Shown here piece after piece: positions 1 to 8,722 of a DNA stretch of 36,393 nt (position 1 is its first letter; each line of letters opens with the position of its first letter). Source of the stretch: a virus (taxonomy: Duplodnaviria > Caudoviricetes); IMG/VR virus record IMGVR_UViG_3300020360_000006, positions 1-36,393 of that record, one strand, 5' to 3'. Made by a program: the position numbers and the translations under genes. Below the pieces are notes generated by a model, which was given only the letters and a program-made list of their open reading frames with translations, searched no databases and was not told the DNA's origin.

Positions 1-1
1 T

Positions 2-1597
2 AACGATGCAGAAATAAATATTTTAAAAACTGAATCTGAAATAAAAGCAATGCAAAAAAAATTAGAACAAGCAAGAGCAATGGGTATTACATTAGATGCT
101 ACCGACTTGTTTACAGATTATCCAAATGTTGCAAAATTAATGAGAGTTTTACAATACACTGATGACGGACAACAATTAAAAAACATGTTAGGTAAAGGGA
201 AAGATGCCATAAATAGTTTAGAAGAATTATTAGACATATCTATAGGTCGTTTAGACGATAGTGTAGGCAATATTACACCTTCACAATTTGCAAAACAATT
301 ACAAGATGATTTTAATCAACGCAATAAAGATGCAACAAATAACTTTAGAAATTTTACGGATGTAGATGGTAATGGATGGATTCAAAATCCTGTAAACCAA
401 GTTTACAAAGATGAAGTTGTTATTATTGCAAGTGATGTAAGAAGGCAATTAGACGCAAAGGTGGCAAAAGGAATTGATGATAACGTAGATAAAGTTATGT
501 TAGAATTTTTAGAGTCTTTTGAAAACCTAGCAAAAGTAGAAAACCTTGGAACAATGGACAAAGCCGATAACGCAATTAGAGTTTTAATAAAAAAATATGA
601 CGATATAAAAAATGAAAAAGGTGCGTACAAAGATTTTGGTGGCATGCCACAAATTATGGATGGCATTATATTAAGAGCTATTGAAGAGGCTAAATTAAAA
701 CTTAGACAAAGCGATAATATTTATGCAGATGCAGTAGAAGCATTTAGAAAAGAAAAAGAGCTGTATGTAGATCCTGTAAGAAAAAGTGAAATACTATCAA
801 ATATGATGTCTGGTAATCCAAAGGTAGTCATAAATGCAATCAACGAAATGGTTAATAACAAAATCTTAGTAGGAGATGAAATTGAACCTATCATAGAATC
901 ACTAAATAGGATTGGCGGTAAAAATATGATTAATACTGTCTTAACCCAATATTTAGGTAATGTTTTAAAAAATACTGTAAATCCAAAGAAAACTGATTTG
1001 GCAAATACTATAGCAATAAGCAATAAATTAATTGGCAATGAAGTTGCAAAAGAAAGATTGTTCTTGTTACTAAACGAAATTAAAAAGAACAGTCAAGATC
1101 CAACTTGGTTTACAAGTTCTGGTAGCAAGTCATTAAAACAAACAGAAATGGAAGAGCTTGCAGTTGGTTTAGAAGCATGGCTTGATACTACAAGCACATT
1201 TAAAAATCCTGCAAGTGAATCTATAACAAGCTATTCAAGAGAGTTTGTAGATCAAGCAGAGCAAATAGGATTAATGGTTACTGATATTACAAATCCATCA
1301 ATGTTAAATACTAAATTTAGAACAGCATGGGGTGAATATAATATCGGGCAACTAAGTAAAGCTCTAAATAATAATCCTCAAAAAACTTATAATTTGTTAA
1401 TGGAAATGGCAAGAGAGTCGCAAAAAGGCAAATCTAGAAAAGTCTTAGAAGGTTTGGTTTCAGCAATTTATTACACAACTGCAAAAGGAGTACCTTCGGC
1501 TCTACCACTTACTTACGAAAATATAAAAGAGGGTGAAAAAATATTAAATGGATATGAACCTCCGGTAACAAATAATTTATTTGATAATCAATTTTAA
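2..1597 (+). CDS. Large internal virion / DNA ejection protein, 5'-truncated
   Basis: Frame is open from position 2 (AAC GAT GCA...) into the 50..1597 ORF; helical protein located between ejection genes (across the window ends) and fibre genes, as in P22/T7-like podoviruses. Confidence 0.6.
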   Translation, partial: NDAEINILKTESEIKAMQKKLEQARAMGITLDATDLFTDYPNVAKLMRVLQYTDDGQQLKNMLGKGKDAINSLEELLDISIGRLDDSVGNITPSQFAKQLQDDFNQRNKDATNNFRNFTDVDGNGWIQNPVNQVYKDEVVIIASDVRRQLDAKVAKGIDDNVDKVMLEFLESFENLAKVENLGTMDKADNAIRVLIKKYDDIKNEKGAYKDFGGMPQIMDGIILRAIEEAKLKLRQSDNIYADAVEAFRKEKELYVDPVRKSEILSNMMSGNPKVVINAINEMVNNKILVGDEIEPIIESLNRIGGKNMINTVLTQYLGNVLKNTVNPKKTDLANTIAISNKLIGNEVAKERLFLLLNEIKKNSQDPTWFTSSGSKSLKQTEMEELAVGLEAWLDTTSTFKNPASESITSYSREFVDQAEQIGLMVTDITNPSMLNTKFRTAWGEYNIGQLSKALNNNPQKTYNLLMEMARESQKGKSRKVLEGLVSAIYYTTAKGVPSALPLTYENIKEGEKILNGYEPPVTNNLFDNQF

Positions 1598-1603
1598 AAA
1601 ATT

Positions 1604-2653
1604 ATGAGTATAACAGCATGGGACACTAACCCAAACAACAACGGAAACAGATTAGCCACAGGCAACCTTTCTGAAGGACAAGCACCTAGCACATTAAATG
1701 ATGCTTCTAGAGAAATTATGGCATCAATTAGACGATGGACAAACGAGCTTGAATGGTATGAGTTTGGTTCAGGAAGCAATACGACTTCATATACAAGAGT
1801 AAGCGCAACACAAATATCAATTCCTTTAGACGTTACAGATCAATTTACTATAAACAGAAGAGTAAAAATTACAGATGGACAAGGAACAATTTTATTTGGC
1901 AGTATTACAGCATCAACATTTTCATCTCCAAACACAACAATAACTATAAATTTTGACAGTGGATCATTAGGATCTGGCAATCCCACAATTGTTAAGTTTG
2001 GCATTATAAATTCTGAAAACAGTTCTTTACCATCAATTACACCGGTAGGTTCTATTATTACTTTTGCGGGATCTACTGCCCCACAAGGTTTTCTAATATG
2101 TGATGGTAGTTTAGTTTCAAAAACAACATATGCTCAATTATTTGCTGTCTGTGGTACTACATATGGTGCGGGCAATGCTACACAATTTCAATTACCAGAT
2201 TTAAGTAGTAAGTTTCCTTTAGGTAAATCAGGCTCATTTAGTTTAGGTTCAACTGGAGGTGCATTTGCTCAGACTCCTGCGGGAACAGTATCATCAAGTT
2301 TTACTGGTAATCCATTTACACCACTCGGTAATATTAGTGTTTCTGGTACAGTTGCGGGTCATGCAATTACTCAAGCGCAGTTACCTAATATTACTTTACA
2401 ATCAAACGAACTTGTAAAAATAGAACAACCACCCGCAAACAGAGGTTCATCATCAGGTGCGGGTGCAACTTACGCACAAGCAAATATACCGCTAGGTGGT
2501 TCTGGTCAAACACACTCACATGGATTTTCCGGTTCTGGTACTTTTAGCGGAACATCATCAACACCAACTGGTTCTGTATCAGCATCATTTAGTGGTTCAT
2601 CAATAGACATAACAAACCCCTATTTATCATTAAATTATATTATTAAACATTAA
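1604..2653 (+). CDS. Tail fibre protein with phage tail-collar domain (paralog 1)
   Basis: Collar motif PVGSIITFAGSTAPQGFLICDGSLVSKTTYAQLFAVCGTTYG...FQLPDL; C-terminal NPYLSLNYIIK; HSH motif. Confidence 0.9.
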   Translation: MSITAWDTNPNNNGNRLATGNLSEGQAPSTLNDASREIMASIRRWTNELEWYEFGSGSNTTSYTRVSATQISIPLDVTDQFTINRRVKITDGQGTILFGSITASTFSSPNTTITINFDSGSLGSGNPTIVKFGIINSENSSLPSITPVGSIITFAGSTAPQGFLICDGSLVSKTTYAQLFAVCGTTYGAGNATQFQLPDLSSKFPLGKSGSFSLGSTGGAFAQTPAGTVSSSFTGNPFTPLGNISVSGTVAGHAITQAQLPNITLQSNELVKIEQPPANRGSSSGAGATYAQANIPLGGSGQTHSHGFSGSGTFSGTSSTPTGSVSASFSGSSIDITNPYLSLNYIIKH

Positions 2654-2655
2654 CC

Positions 2656-3759
2656 ATGAGTAACATAAAAAATTATAATACAAATCCAAATAACAATGGA
2701 AGTGTCCTTGCAACTGGAAGCATGCTTGAAGGACAAAGCCCTTCAAGTGTTAATGATGCTATGCGTCAGATATGCAGTGATTTAAGGATTTTCTACAACG
2801 ATCCTCAATGGATAGAGTTTGGCATTGGCAATGGATCAACAACTTATACCAGAGTTGACAGCACAACTGTCACAATAGGTGCAAATGTAATAGAACAATA
2901 TCACGCAGGAAGAAGAGTAAAAATTGTAGATGGAACATCCACGACTATATATGGAACAATAACATCATCTAACTTTAACTCACCTAATACTACAATAGTT
3001 ATGTCATTTGACGATGGGGCATCTATAGGATCTGGTACAATAACAAGCTTTAAAATTGGCGCTGTTAGCGCAACAAATACTTCTTCACCTACAAATGTAG
3101 CAACAGGAGGTATTATAATGTGGACAGCTTCTACTTTACCGGATGGATGGTTACTTGCTGACGGATCATTAGTAAATAAATCTGATTACGCAGGATTGTT
3201 CTCAATTCTTGGAGATACTTATGGCACTGCAACATCAACACAATTTTATTTACCTAATCTAACAGATAAATTTGTTATTGGTAAAGGTAGCACTTATGGT
3301 CTTGCAACTACTGGTGGAGCATCAAGCATAACACCATCAGGTACTAACTCAGCATTGTCATTTAGTGGAAACTCATTTACACCAAGCGGTTCTGTTTCTG
3401 TATCAGTAAGCAACCATACTCTTACTTTGTCTCAGATACCTAGCCACTCGCACTTTGTATCAAGTAGTGGCAATGGTTTCCCAAACCAAGTACAAGATAA
3501 TAGTGCTTTAACTTTGACAAGTAAATCGAATGGTGGTGCAGGAAACAACGACTACATTTTATTTGGTGTATCGGGTCAAGCTAACCAATCACCATCTCAA
3601 TCTGTTGGTGGTTCTGGCGGTCATAATCATGGTGCATCTGGCTCATTTAGTGGTAACAGTGTTACACCATCTGGTTCTATTAATACACCTACATTTACAG
3701 GCAACAGTGCATCAATCATTAACCCATACATTGCTTTGAGCTACATAATTAAAACATGA
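2656..3759 (+). CDS. Tail fibre protein with phage tail-collar domain (paralog 2)
   Basis: Collar motif TGGIIMW...LPDGWLLADG...YAGLFSILGDTYG...FYLPNL; HTLTLSQIPSHSH and GHNH motifs; NPYIALSYIIK. Confidence 0.9.
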   Translation: MSNIKNYNTNPNNNGSVLATGSMLEGQSPSSVNDAMRQICSDLRIFYNDPQWIEFGIGNGSTTYTRVDSTTVTIGANVIEQYHAGRRVKIVDGTSTTIYGTITSSNFNSPNTTIVMSFDDGASIGSGTITSFKIGAVSATNTSSPTNVATGGIIMWTASTLPDGWLLADGSLVNKSDYAGLFSILGDTYGTATSTQFYLPNLTDKFVIGKGSTYGLATTGGASSITPSGTNSALSFSGNSFTPSGSVSVSVSNHTLTLSQIPSHSHFVSSSGNGFPNQVQDNSALTLTSKSNGGAGNNDYILFGVSGQANQSPSQSVGGSGGHNHGASGSFSGNSVTPSGSINTPTFTGNSASIINPYIALSYIIKT

Positions 3760-3995
3760 CACAAAAGAAAATATTAGAAAAGTTAGACCACATTGAGCAT
3801 GATGTTCACGAACTTAAGACAAGTCAAAAACTTATAGAAAAAGATTTATCGGTAATTAAGTCTAACCATTTAGCTCACACAGAGTCCAGTTTAAAACTCT
3901 TGTGGAAATGGTCATTAGCAATAGGCATTTTAATTATCTTAATGTTTGTAGACGAAGCACAAACTTTCTTACTTAACTACTTAGGTATGAAATAA
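3756..3995 (+). CDS. Small coiled-coil plus C-terminal transmembrane protein (XhlA/holin-like, lysis region)
   Basis: Coiled N-terminus, IKSNHLAH motif, hydrophobic WSLAIGILIILMF; ATGA overlap with the upstream stop. Confidence 0.55.
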   Translation: MTQKKILEKLDHIEHDVHELKTSQKLIEKDLSVIKSNHLAHTESSLKLLWKWSLAIGILIILMFVDEAQTFLLNYLGMK

Positions 3996-4088
3996 ATAAA
4001 CAACTGTAAAAAAACAGTAACAACAAAAAACATCTTACAACTGGTGAACGCATAATTACCTATATAGGTACTTTAGAATTATTATAAA

Positions 4089-4448
4089 GTGGAAAGGATA
4101 GTCAATTTGGCAACAATACACCAAAGAGGACTATGGGCAGAGTCCATCGCACATGCTCATTTTGCCACAAAAAGAAATCTACTTGTCTTTCCATCACTAC
4201 AAGGAGTCGGATTATGTGATTTTATGACTCTTGATATTAAGACTGGGGAAGTAAAAAAATATGACGTTAAGTATGGTGGAACAAGATTTCTTTACAACAG
4301 AAATAACAAAACTGGGAATGGTGGCATGAGACTTATACACCGAGTCCAATCAAAAAAACAAAAACAACTTGGTATAGAAATAATTTATGTCATGGAAGAT
4401 GGCACAATCCGACAACCAAAAAAAAGAAAGTTAAAAAATGAAAAATGA
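4089..4448 (+). CDS. PD-(D/E)XK nuclease, Hjc/resolvase-like (likely start TTG at 4107)
   Basis: RG..AE...A helix, CDFMTLD, YDVK motif; AAAGGA RBS precedes TTG 4107. Confidence 0.6.
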   Translation: MERIVNLATIHQRGLWAESIAHAHFATKRNLLVFPSLQGVGLCDFMTLDIKTGEVKKYDVKYGGTRFLYNRNNKTGNGGMRLIHRVQSKKQKQLGIEIIYVMEDGTIRQPKKRKLKNEK

Positions 4449-4866
4449 TGATTTAATCTTGATAGAGAACCCAATTAGTTTTGTAGATAAATGGGATTAC
4501 AAATATTTTAGTATTGACGAAGTTAAATGCAAAGAAACTAACGTACTGGGTTATGATGAAAGATTTATGGACAGTATGACTACACTTAGAGAAAGGTGTG
4601 GTTTCCCATTTGTAATAAGTTCATTCTACCGATCACCTGAACATAGCATCGAAAAAGCAAAAGGTAATGGTGGAGGGGCGCACACCACAGGCAAGGCTTG
4701 TGACGTGGTTTGTGACAGAGAAAGAGCTTATATTTTGCTCAAAAATGCTATGGAAATGAATTTTATGGGTATAGGTATCAAACAGAAGGGAAATGGCAGA
4801 TTCATCCATTTAGACATGCTTACAGCGCAGGAAGGATTGGTTAGACCTACAATATGGAGTTATTAA
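4438..4866 (+). CDS. Endolysin, peptidase M15A family
   Basis: ISSFYRSPEH, AHTTGKACD, GIGI and FIHLD Zn-peptidase motifs. Confidence 0.9.
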   Translation: MKNDDLILIENPISFVDKWDYKYFSIDEVKCKETNVLGYDERFMDSMTTLRERCGFPFVISSFYRSPEHSIEKAKGNGGGAHTTGKACDVVCDRERAYILLKNAMEMNFMGIGIKQKGNGRFIHLDMLTAQEGLVRPTIWSY

Positions 4867-5087
4867 ACATATGGGTAATTTCCGTCATATTGAGCTTTAG
4901 CAATTCACCGGACTACCAATCACATTATCAAGTTGTAACCTTTAATAGTCAAAATGGTTGCCAAGAATTTCTAGATGATAAACGCATTGAACTGGAACAT
5001 GACTTAATTCACGTTTTTGAAAACCAACCTGAAAAACTTATTAAAATTAATTTTAACTGTGAAATTTTGGAGGGCGATACAGTATGA
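4854..5087 (+). CDS. Hypothetical protein with hydrophobic N-terminus and two Cys
   Basis: ORF coupled between endolysin and holin. Confidence 0.6.
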   Translation: MELLNIWVISVILSFSNSPDYQSHYQVVTFNSQNGCQEFLDDKRIELEHDLIHVFENQPEKLIKINFNCEILEGDTV

Positions 5088-5500
5088 ATCCACTAATGTT
5101 AATCAAACCATTATTAGGTGTAGCAAAACCATTGTTGAGTCTAGGTGGTGGTTTACTAAAAAATCCCGTTGTGGATCTTGTAGTTTCAAAAACTTCGGGA
5201 GCAATTCAGCATAAAATAGACAAAGATAAGATCATAAGAGCTAAAGAGATAGAGGGCGCAACTAAGACTGATCTAGCTTTAATTAACGCACAAAAGGATA
5301 GCATAAAAGACGAAATCGTAACCGCTACCTTCATGCTATTGTTGCTCGGGCATTTCGTACCTTACACACAACCATTTATGGCAAGAGGTTGGGAAATACT
5401 TAAAAACGCAGATCCTATGTTTTGGATTATTATATCAATAGTTGTATCAGCATCTATGGGTGTAACAGGAATACAAAAGATTTTCCCAAAGAAAAAATAA
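5084..5500 (+). CDS. Holin (3TM/GTA-holin-like)
   Basis: DSIKDE followed by two hydrophobic segments, basic C-terminus PKKK, adjacent to endolysin. Confidence 0.7.
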   Translation: MNPLMLIKPLLGVAKPLLSLGGGLLKNPVVDLVVSKTSGAIQHKIDKDKIIRAKEIEGATKTDLALINAQKDSIKDEIVTATFMLLLLGHFVPYTQPFMARGWEILKNADPMFWIIISIVVSASMGVTGIQKIFPKKK

Positions 5501-5776
5501 TTGCCTAGAAGAGATAAGTACCATCCTTATTCAAGAAAATATAAGGGTTCAGACATATTAGGTAAATGCCTAATATGTGGACAGAATGTATACAGGAAAT
5601 CAGGATTTATTGTCCGTGAACAATGGATGCCAGAAATCAAAAAAGATTATATACATCACTCTTTAGAAAAAAAATGTTTTACTAAATTGTGTGAACAAGA
5701 ACGCATCGAGGACGAAGCCAAACAAAAGAAGAAATTAAATTTGCCTGACAATCCTCTCGATGCTTTACTAAAATAA
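5501..5776 (+). CDS. Hypothetical protein, putative Zn-binding (CxxC...H...C)
   Basis: CLIC, HH and C residues; TTG start directly after the holin stop. Confidence 0.55.
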   Translation: MPRRDKYHPYSRKYKGSDILGKCLICGQNVYRKSGFIVREQWMPEIKKDYIHHSLEKKCFTKLCEQERIEDEAKQKKKLNLPDNPLDALLK

Positions 5777-7030
5777 CAATCCATCTATGTAATCTTGACG
5801 ATTACACCTATCCTCTTCCTCTAAAGCTTTACAGAAATAATGAGTATATAATCTAGCTGTAACTGTTTCATCTTTATGACCAACATATCTGCTTATGTCA
5901 TAACTGCTATAAATGTTGTGTCTTTTCCAATATGTAATGCACCAATGCCTGAAGAAATGAAATTTATGACTTTTAGGCAAAGCAAACTTACCCGTTAGAT
6001 ATGGTTCAATAATTTTGTTGCATGTCCTATACACATGCCATGTTGCTCTACCATCTTTAATAAATGGAAACATAATATTATTGTTGCCATAAATATCATT
6101 TTTACGATGCTCTATATATGATCGTAAATCATCTGCTAAACCTTTTCCCACTGGTATTAGACGTTTTCCTGCCGGTGTTTTAACATCCCTCTTATAAATA
6201 TCCTTCTGACTTATCTGTCCCCGTATATCTAATTTAGGCATAACATTTCCCGTACTATCTATAAAATCATTTATCTCAGCACCTAATACTTCTCCAATTC
6301 TTAAACCCAGTTGAAAACAAATTCTGACAATTAATTTAGCAGTGACATCATCAATAGAGTTTCTAAATTCTTTGACATGATCAAAATGCCACTTTTCTAC
6401 TAAATTCATTGTTTCTGCTTTATGAGTCTCAGTATCGACTTTTAAAAGTAATTTGTTAATAGGATTTTGTTTGTACTGCACAATTGGATTTTCAAGCTTG
6501 GCATCATAATCATTTGTATTTGTTGAATTGTAAAAAGCATCTTGCACAACTTTTAGATATGCACCAAGAACATTAGGAGACTTAGTTTGCTTTCTAAACA
6601 TATCAACTAATTTTGCAGAGTCACTGCCCTCCCAATCTCTAATGTTTTTACATGCCATATGATCATCAAGACAAACTATCTTAATGACTTTTTTTGCCAA
6701 ACCATGCTTGTAATTAAAATTGCCTTGAGACATCCTATTGTTGATCCTAGCCATCTCATATTGTTTTATTAAATTACTAATTGACTGAGGTAGAGTTGCT
6801 TTAGGTCTAGGTACAAGTATCTCTCCACGATCTATTTTTTTTATAGCAGATGCAATGGCAACAACTAGATCTTCATGTTTCTTTCTAGTTATTTGTTGTA
6901 CTGATCCGTCAATTAATTTTAATCTTGTTTGAAAATTTTTAAATCGTTTAACTCCATCTCTATCTTTTGTATATGTTTTATATACTTGTCCTTGACCATA
7001 TTCTTTTTGCCATCGTTGTATTGTGTCCAT
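5768..7030 (-). CDS. int: Tyrosine recombinase / phage integrase
   Basis: Catalytic motifs GLRIGE (R), KTPAGKR (K), HFFRH (HxxR), VGH and LYTH (Y); GAAGGAG RBS before the ATG. Confidence 0.95.
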   Translation of the reverse strand: MDTIQRWQKEYGQGQVYKTYTKDRDGVKRFKNFQTRLKLIDGSVQQITRKKHEDLVVAIASAIKKIDRGEILVPRPKATLPQSISNLIKQYEMARINNRMSQGNFNYKHGLAKKVIKIVCLDDHMACKNIRDWEGSDSAKLVDMFRKQTKSPNVLGAYLKVVQDAFYNSTNTNDYDAKLENPIVQYKQNPINKLLLKVDTETHKAETMNLVEKWHFDHVKEFRNSIDDVTAKLIVRICFQLGLRIGEVLGAEINDFIDSTGNVMPKLDIRGQISQKDIYKRDVKTPAGKRLIPVGKGLADDLRSYIEHRKNDIYGNNNIMFPFIKDGRATWHVYRTCNKIIEPYLTGKFALPKSHKFHFFRHWCITYWKRHNIYSSYDISRYVGHKDETVTARLYTHYFCKALEEEDRCNRQDYIDGLLF

Positions 7031-7194
7031 AATTTTACTCCTTCATAAAAATTAATAAATTCCAAAACATACTTCATAAGTTCAGGGTTATTTTTATTTA
7101 ATGCGTCAATTTCCTCTTGTGTCAGAGCTTTAGATCCATGACGATCATCCATCAAATAAGTATCAACTCTTTGTTTATTCATTTTACTTATCAT
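6919..7194 (-). CDS. Small hypothetical protein overlapping the int start
   Basis: GAAAGG RBS-like sequence upstream; 112-nt out-of-frame overlap with int. Confidence 0.4.
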   Translation of the reverse strand: MISKMNKQRVDTYLMDDRHGSKALTQEEIDALNKNNPELMKYVLEFINFYEGVKLWTQYNDGKKNMVKDKYIKHIQKIEMELNDLKIFKQD

Positions 7195-7261
7195 TGTTCC
7201 AGATACCTTTCTGTTTGTAAATAATGAGGAACTATATAAATATTATGTATAATATTCCTAT

Positions 7262-7523
7262 ATTCACTATGTTTAGAGTTTCACTCATACGGAATGAAAA
7301 TCAAAAAAACGCTAGATTTACTGGTATTTAATTTATCGTAATTTAAAGGTTTTTTAGTTTTTGGGGCGAATCAACAGCTTATAAATCTTGGTACATAATA
7401 TTCTTGAACTTACTGTGACCCGCCAAAATCCTTAACTTTTTAACCCTTCAATCTAAAAAATTAATTATAAGTTCACTAACATTGTAGCCAGTATACACTA
7501 TTAGTGAACAAATGTAAGTGAAT
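7262..7523. other. attP: attP region with TTCACT arm-type repeats flanking the core
   Basis: Non-coding gap next to int; TTCACT at ~7263, ~7280 and ~7472 (+) and ~7503 and ~7517 (-) flanks a host-gene fragment at 7390-7426. Confidence 0.75.
7379..7426 (-). other. yebC: 5' replacement fragment of host yebC (MAGHSKFKNIMY, then QDL-stop), predicted att core
   Basis: Minus strand reads TTG GCG GGT CAC AGT AAG TTC AAG AAT ATT ATG TAC C, the conserved alphaproteobacterial YebC N-terminus MAGHSKFKNIM(Y/H)R. Confidence 0.85.
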
Positions 7524-7696
7524 TATTTTTCTAAAATTTCTGAATGGATTTCGCTGACTTGTAAACGCAATATATCAATTTCACTTTCGCACCACGCATT
7601 GTCATATAACTTTACTCTTTCAAAAAATATAAGAAATTGCAATGCAGTCATAAAAGCTATACTAATTATTATCGTTGCATAAAATGTAAATTTCAT
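7523..7696 (-). CDS. Small membrane protein, 57 aa (not in ORF track)
   Basis: MKFTFYATIIISIAFMTALQFLIFFERVK...EILEK*; ATGA-coupled to the upstream ORF. Confidence 0.65.
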   Translation of the reverse strand: MKFTFYATIIISIAFMTALQFLIFFERVKLYDNAWCESEIDILRLQVSEIHSEILEK

Positions 7697-7872
7697 ATCC
7701 TGCCATAAAATGAATTAAATTTAATCCTGCCTTCTTCCTCAGATAAGATAGTTTCATTGTATCTTCTTCTTTCACGATTTGCCCATCTTAGCCATTTTTG
7801 GAAATTTGCTTCATAAGACGCATCAACGTCCATCTCAAACAACTCATCTTGTTGTATGATCAAATTGCTCAA
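7693..7872 (-). CDS. Hypothetical protein, 59 aa (not in ORF track)
   Basis: TTG start overlapping the upstream TGA; MSNLIIQQDELFEMDVDASYEANFQKWLRWANRERRRYNE...GRI*. Confidence 0.65.
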   Translation of the reverse strand: MSNLIIQQDELFEMDVDASYEANFQKWLRWANRERRRYNETILSEEEGRIKFNSFYGRI

Positions 7873-8228
7873 GCCCCGTATATTCCGGTAGAGTCGTTAC
7901 TTATAGCTTCTGCTATATCAGTCTCTAATTGTACTTTTTGTTCATCACCTTTCATGCCCTCTTTATTTGCTTGCATACGATTGTAGGCTTCATTTATTAT
8001 ATCGCATATAACACTTGATTTACTTGCTTTACCTGATTTTTGATTTTTTACATTAATTTCTATACTCATTTCTTCTGCTTGCTTATGTAAAAGATCAGCT
8101 TTAGCAAAGAAATTATTATTAGCAAATTTAACTAATTCACTTAATTTTTTATTCATATCATCGCATTGCGTTTCTTCCATAGATATTGATAAAGTTTTAA
8201 AAAATATTCTTTGTCCGTTTTTTGTCAT
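7869..8228 (-). CDS. Hypothetical protein (possible DNA-binding)
   Basis: Coupled ORF in the leftward operon. Confidence 0.6.
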   Translation of the reverse strand: MTKNGQRIFFKTLSISMEETQCDDMNKKLSELVKFANNNFFAKADLLHKQAEEMSIEINVKNQKSGKASKSSVICDIINEAYNRMQANKEGMKGDEQKVQLETDIAEAISNDSTGIYGA

Positions 8229-8722
8229 ACTGCCTCTCCAGTTAATAATTGCTCTTTATAATTTGTACTTAGTCGGTTTTTTGAGTCTAATTGTAGTTCA
8301 ACAATTTTTTGTTCTAATTTGCCATCAATCCATATGTTGTCTGGTTTTTTATGTAATATGTCATAAAAATTATCATGCACATAATTACCTATCACACCAA
8401 CAAATCCAGATTTACCAAGTGCCTTAACTTCTTGCTCAAAGACACCACCTTTTTTTAGATTTCTATTTATGCCTATTAATGACTCATTAATTAATGATTC
8501 TAAAAAATCAGTTCTTGCAGTAGCACCCTTCCAAGGTCTTGCTTTAATAATAATTTTTTTTATCACTGGCAAACCATCTACATATTTGCCATACAATTCC
8601 CAATAGATCATAACGTGCGCTTTGTAAGCGCTACCATTGGTGCTACGAATTGTTAATTTACATCCTACACCAGTCATTCTATTCGGTATTAAAACTTCTT
8701 TGCTTTTCATATTCTTTATCAT
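8225..8722 (-). CDS. Hypothetical protein, possibly a stand-alone TSCPD (class II RNR C-terminal)-like domain
   Basis: IPNR..., DGLPV, ..I.RNLKKG pattern resembles the TSCPD family; start probably ATG 8722 or 8710. Confidence 0.4.
   Translation of the reverse strand: MIKNMKSKEVLIPNRMTGVGCKLTIRSTNGSAYKAHVMIYWELYGKYVDGLPVIKKIIIKARPWKGATARTDFLESLINESLIGINRNLKKGGVFEQEVKALGKSGFVGVIGNYVHDNFYDILHKKPDNIWIDGKLEQKIVELQLDSKNRLSTNYKEQLLTGEAV

Noticed and set aside
1-4. TAAC shared by both window ends as a terminal repeat
   Set aside because: Four bases is uninformative, and merging them breaks the reading frame
403-1779. Minus-strand ORFs 403..666, 721..1038 and 1594..1779, and similar shadow ORFs inside terL, portal, scaffold, MCP and nozzle
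   Set aside because: Antisense to well-supported genes, with shadow-like composition
1604-3759. Diversity-generating retroelement or invertible fibre switch
   Set aside because: No reverse transcriptase or invertase; paralogs are in the same orientation and diverged at all base types, not only adenines
4438-5776. Spanin pair in the lysis module
   Set aside because: No lipobox or nested Rz/Rz1 arrangement recognised
7400-7426. tRNA 3'-end att core (...CCCGCCA on +)
   Set aside because: No T-arm (GTTCGA) or cloverleaf; the minus strand is better explained as the yebC N-terminus
7578-7587. Additional TTCACT arm site
   Set aside because: Lies inside the 7523..7696 CDS; may be chance
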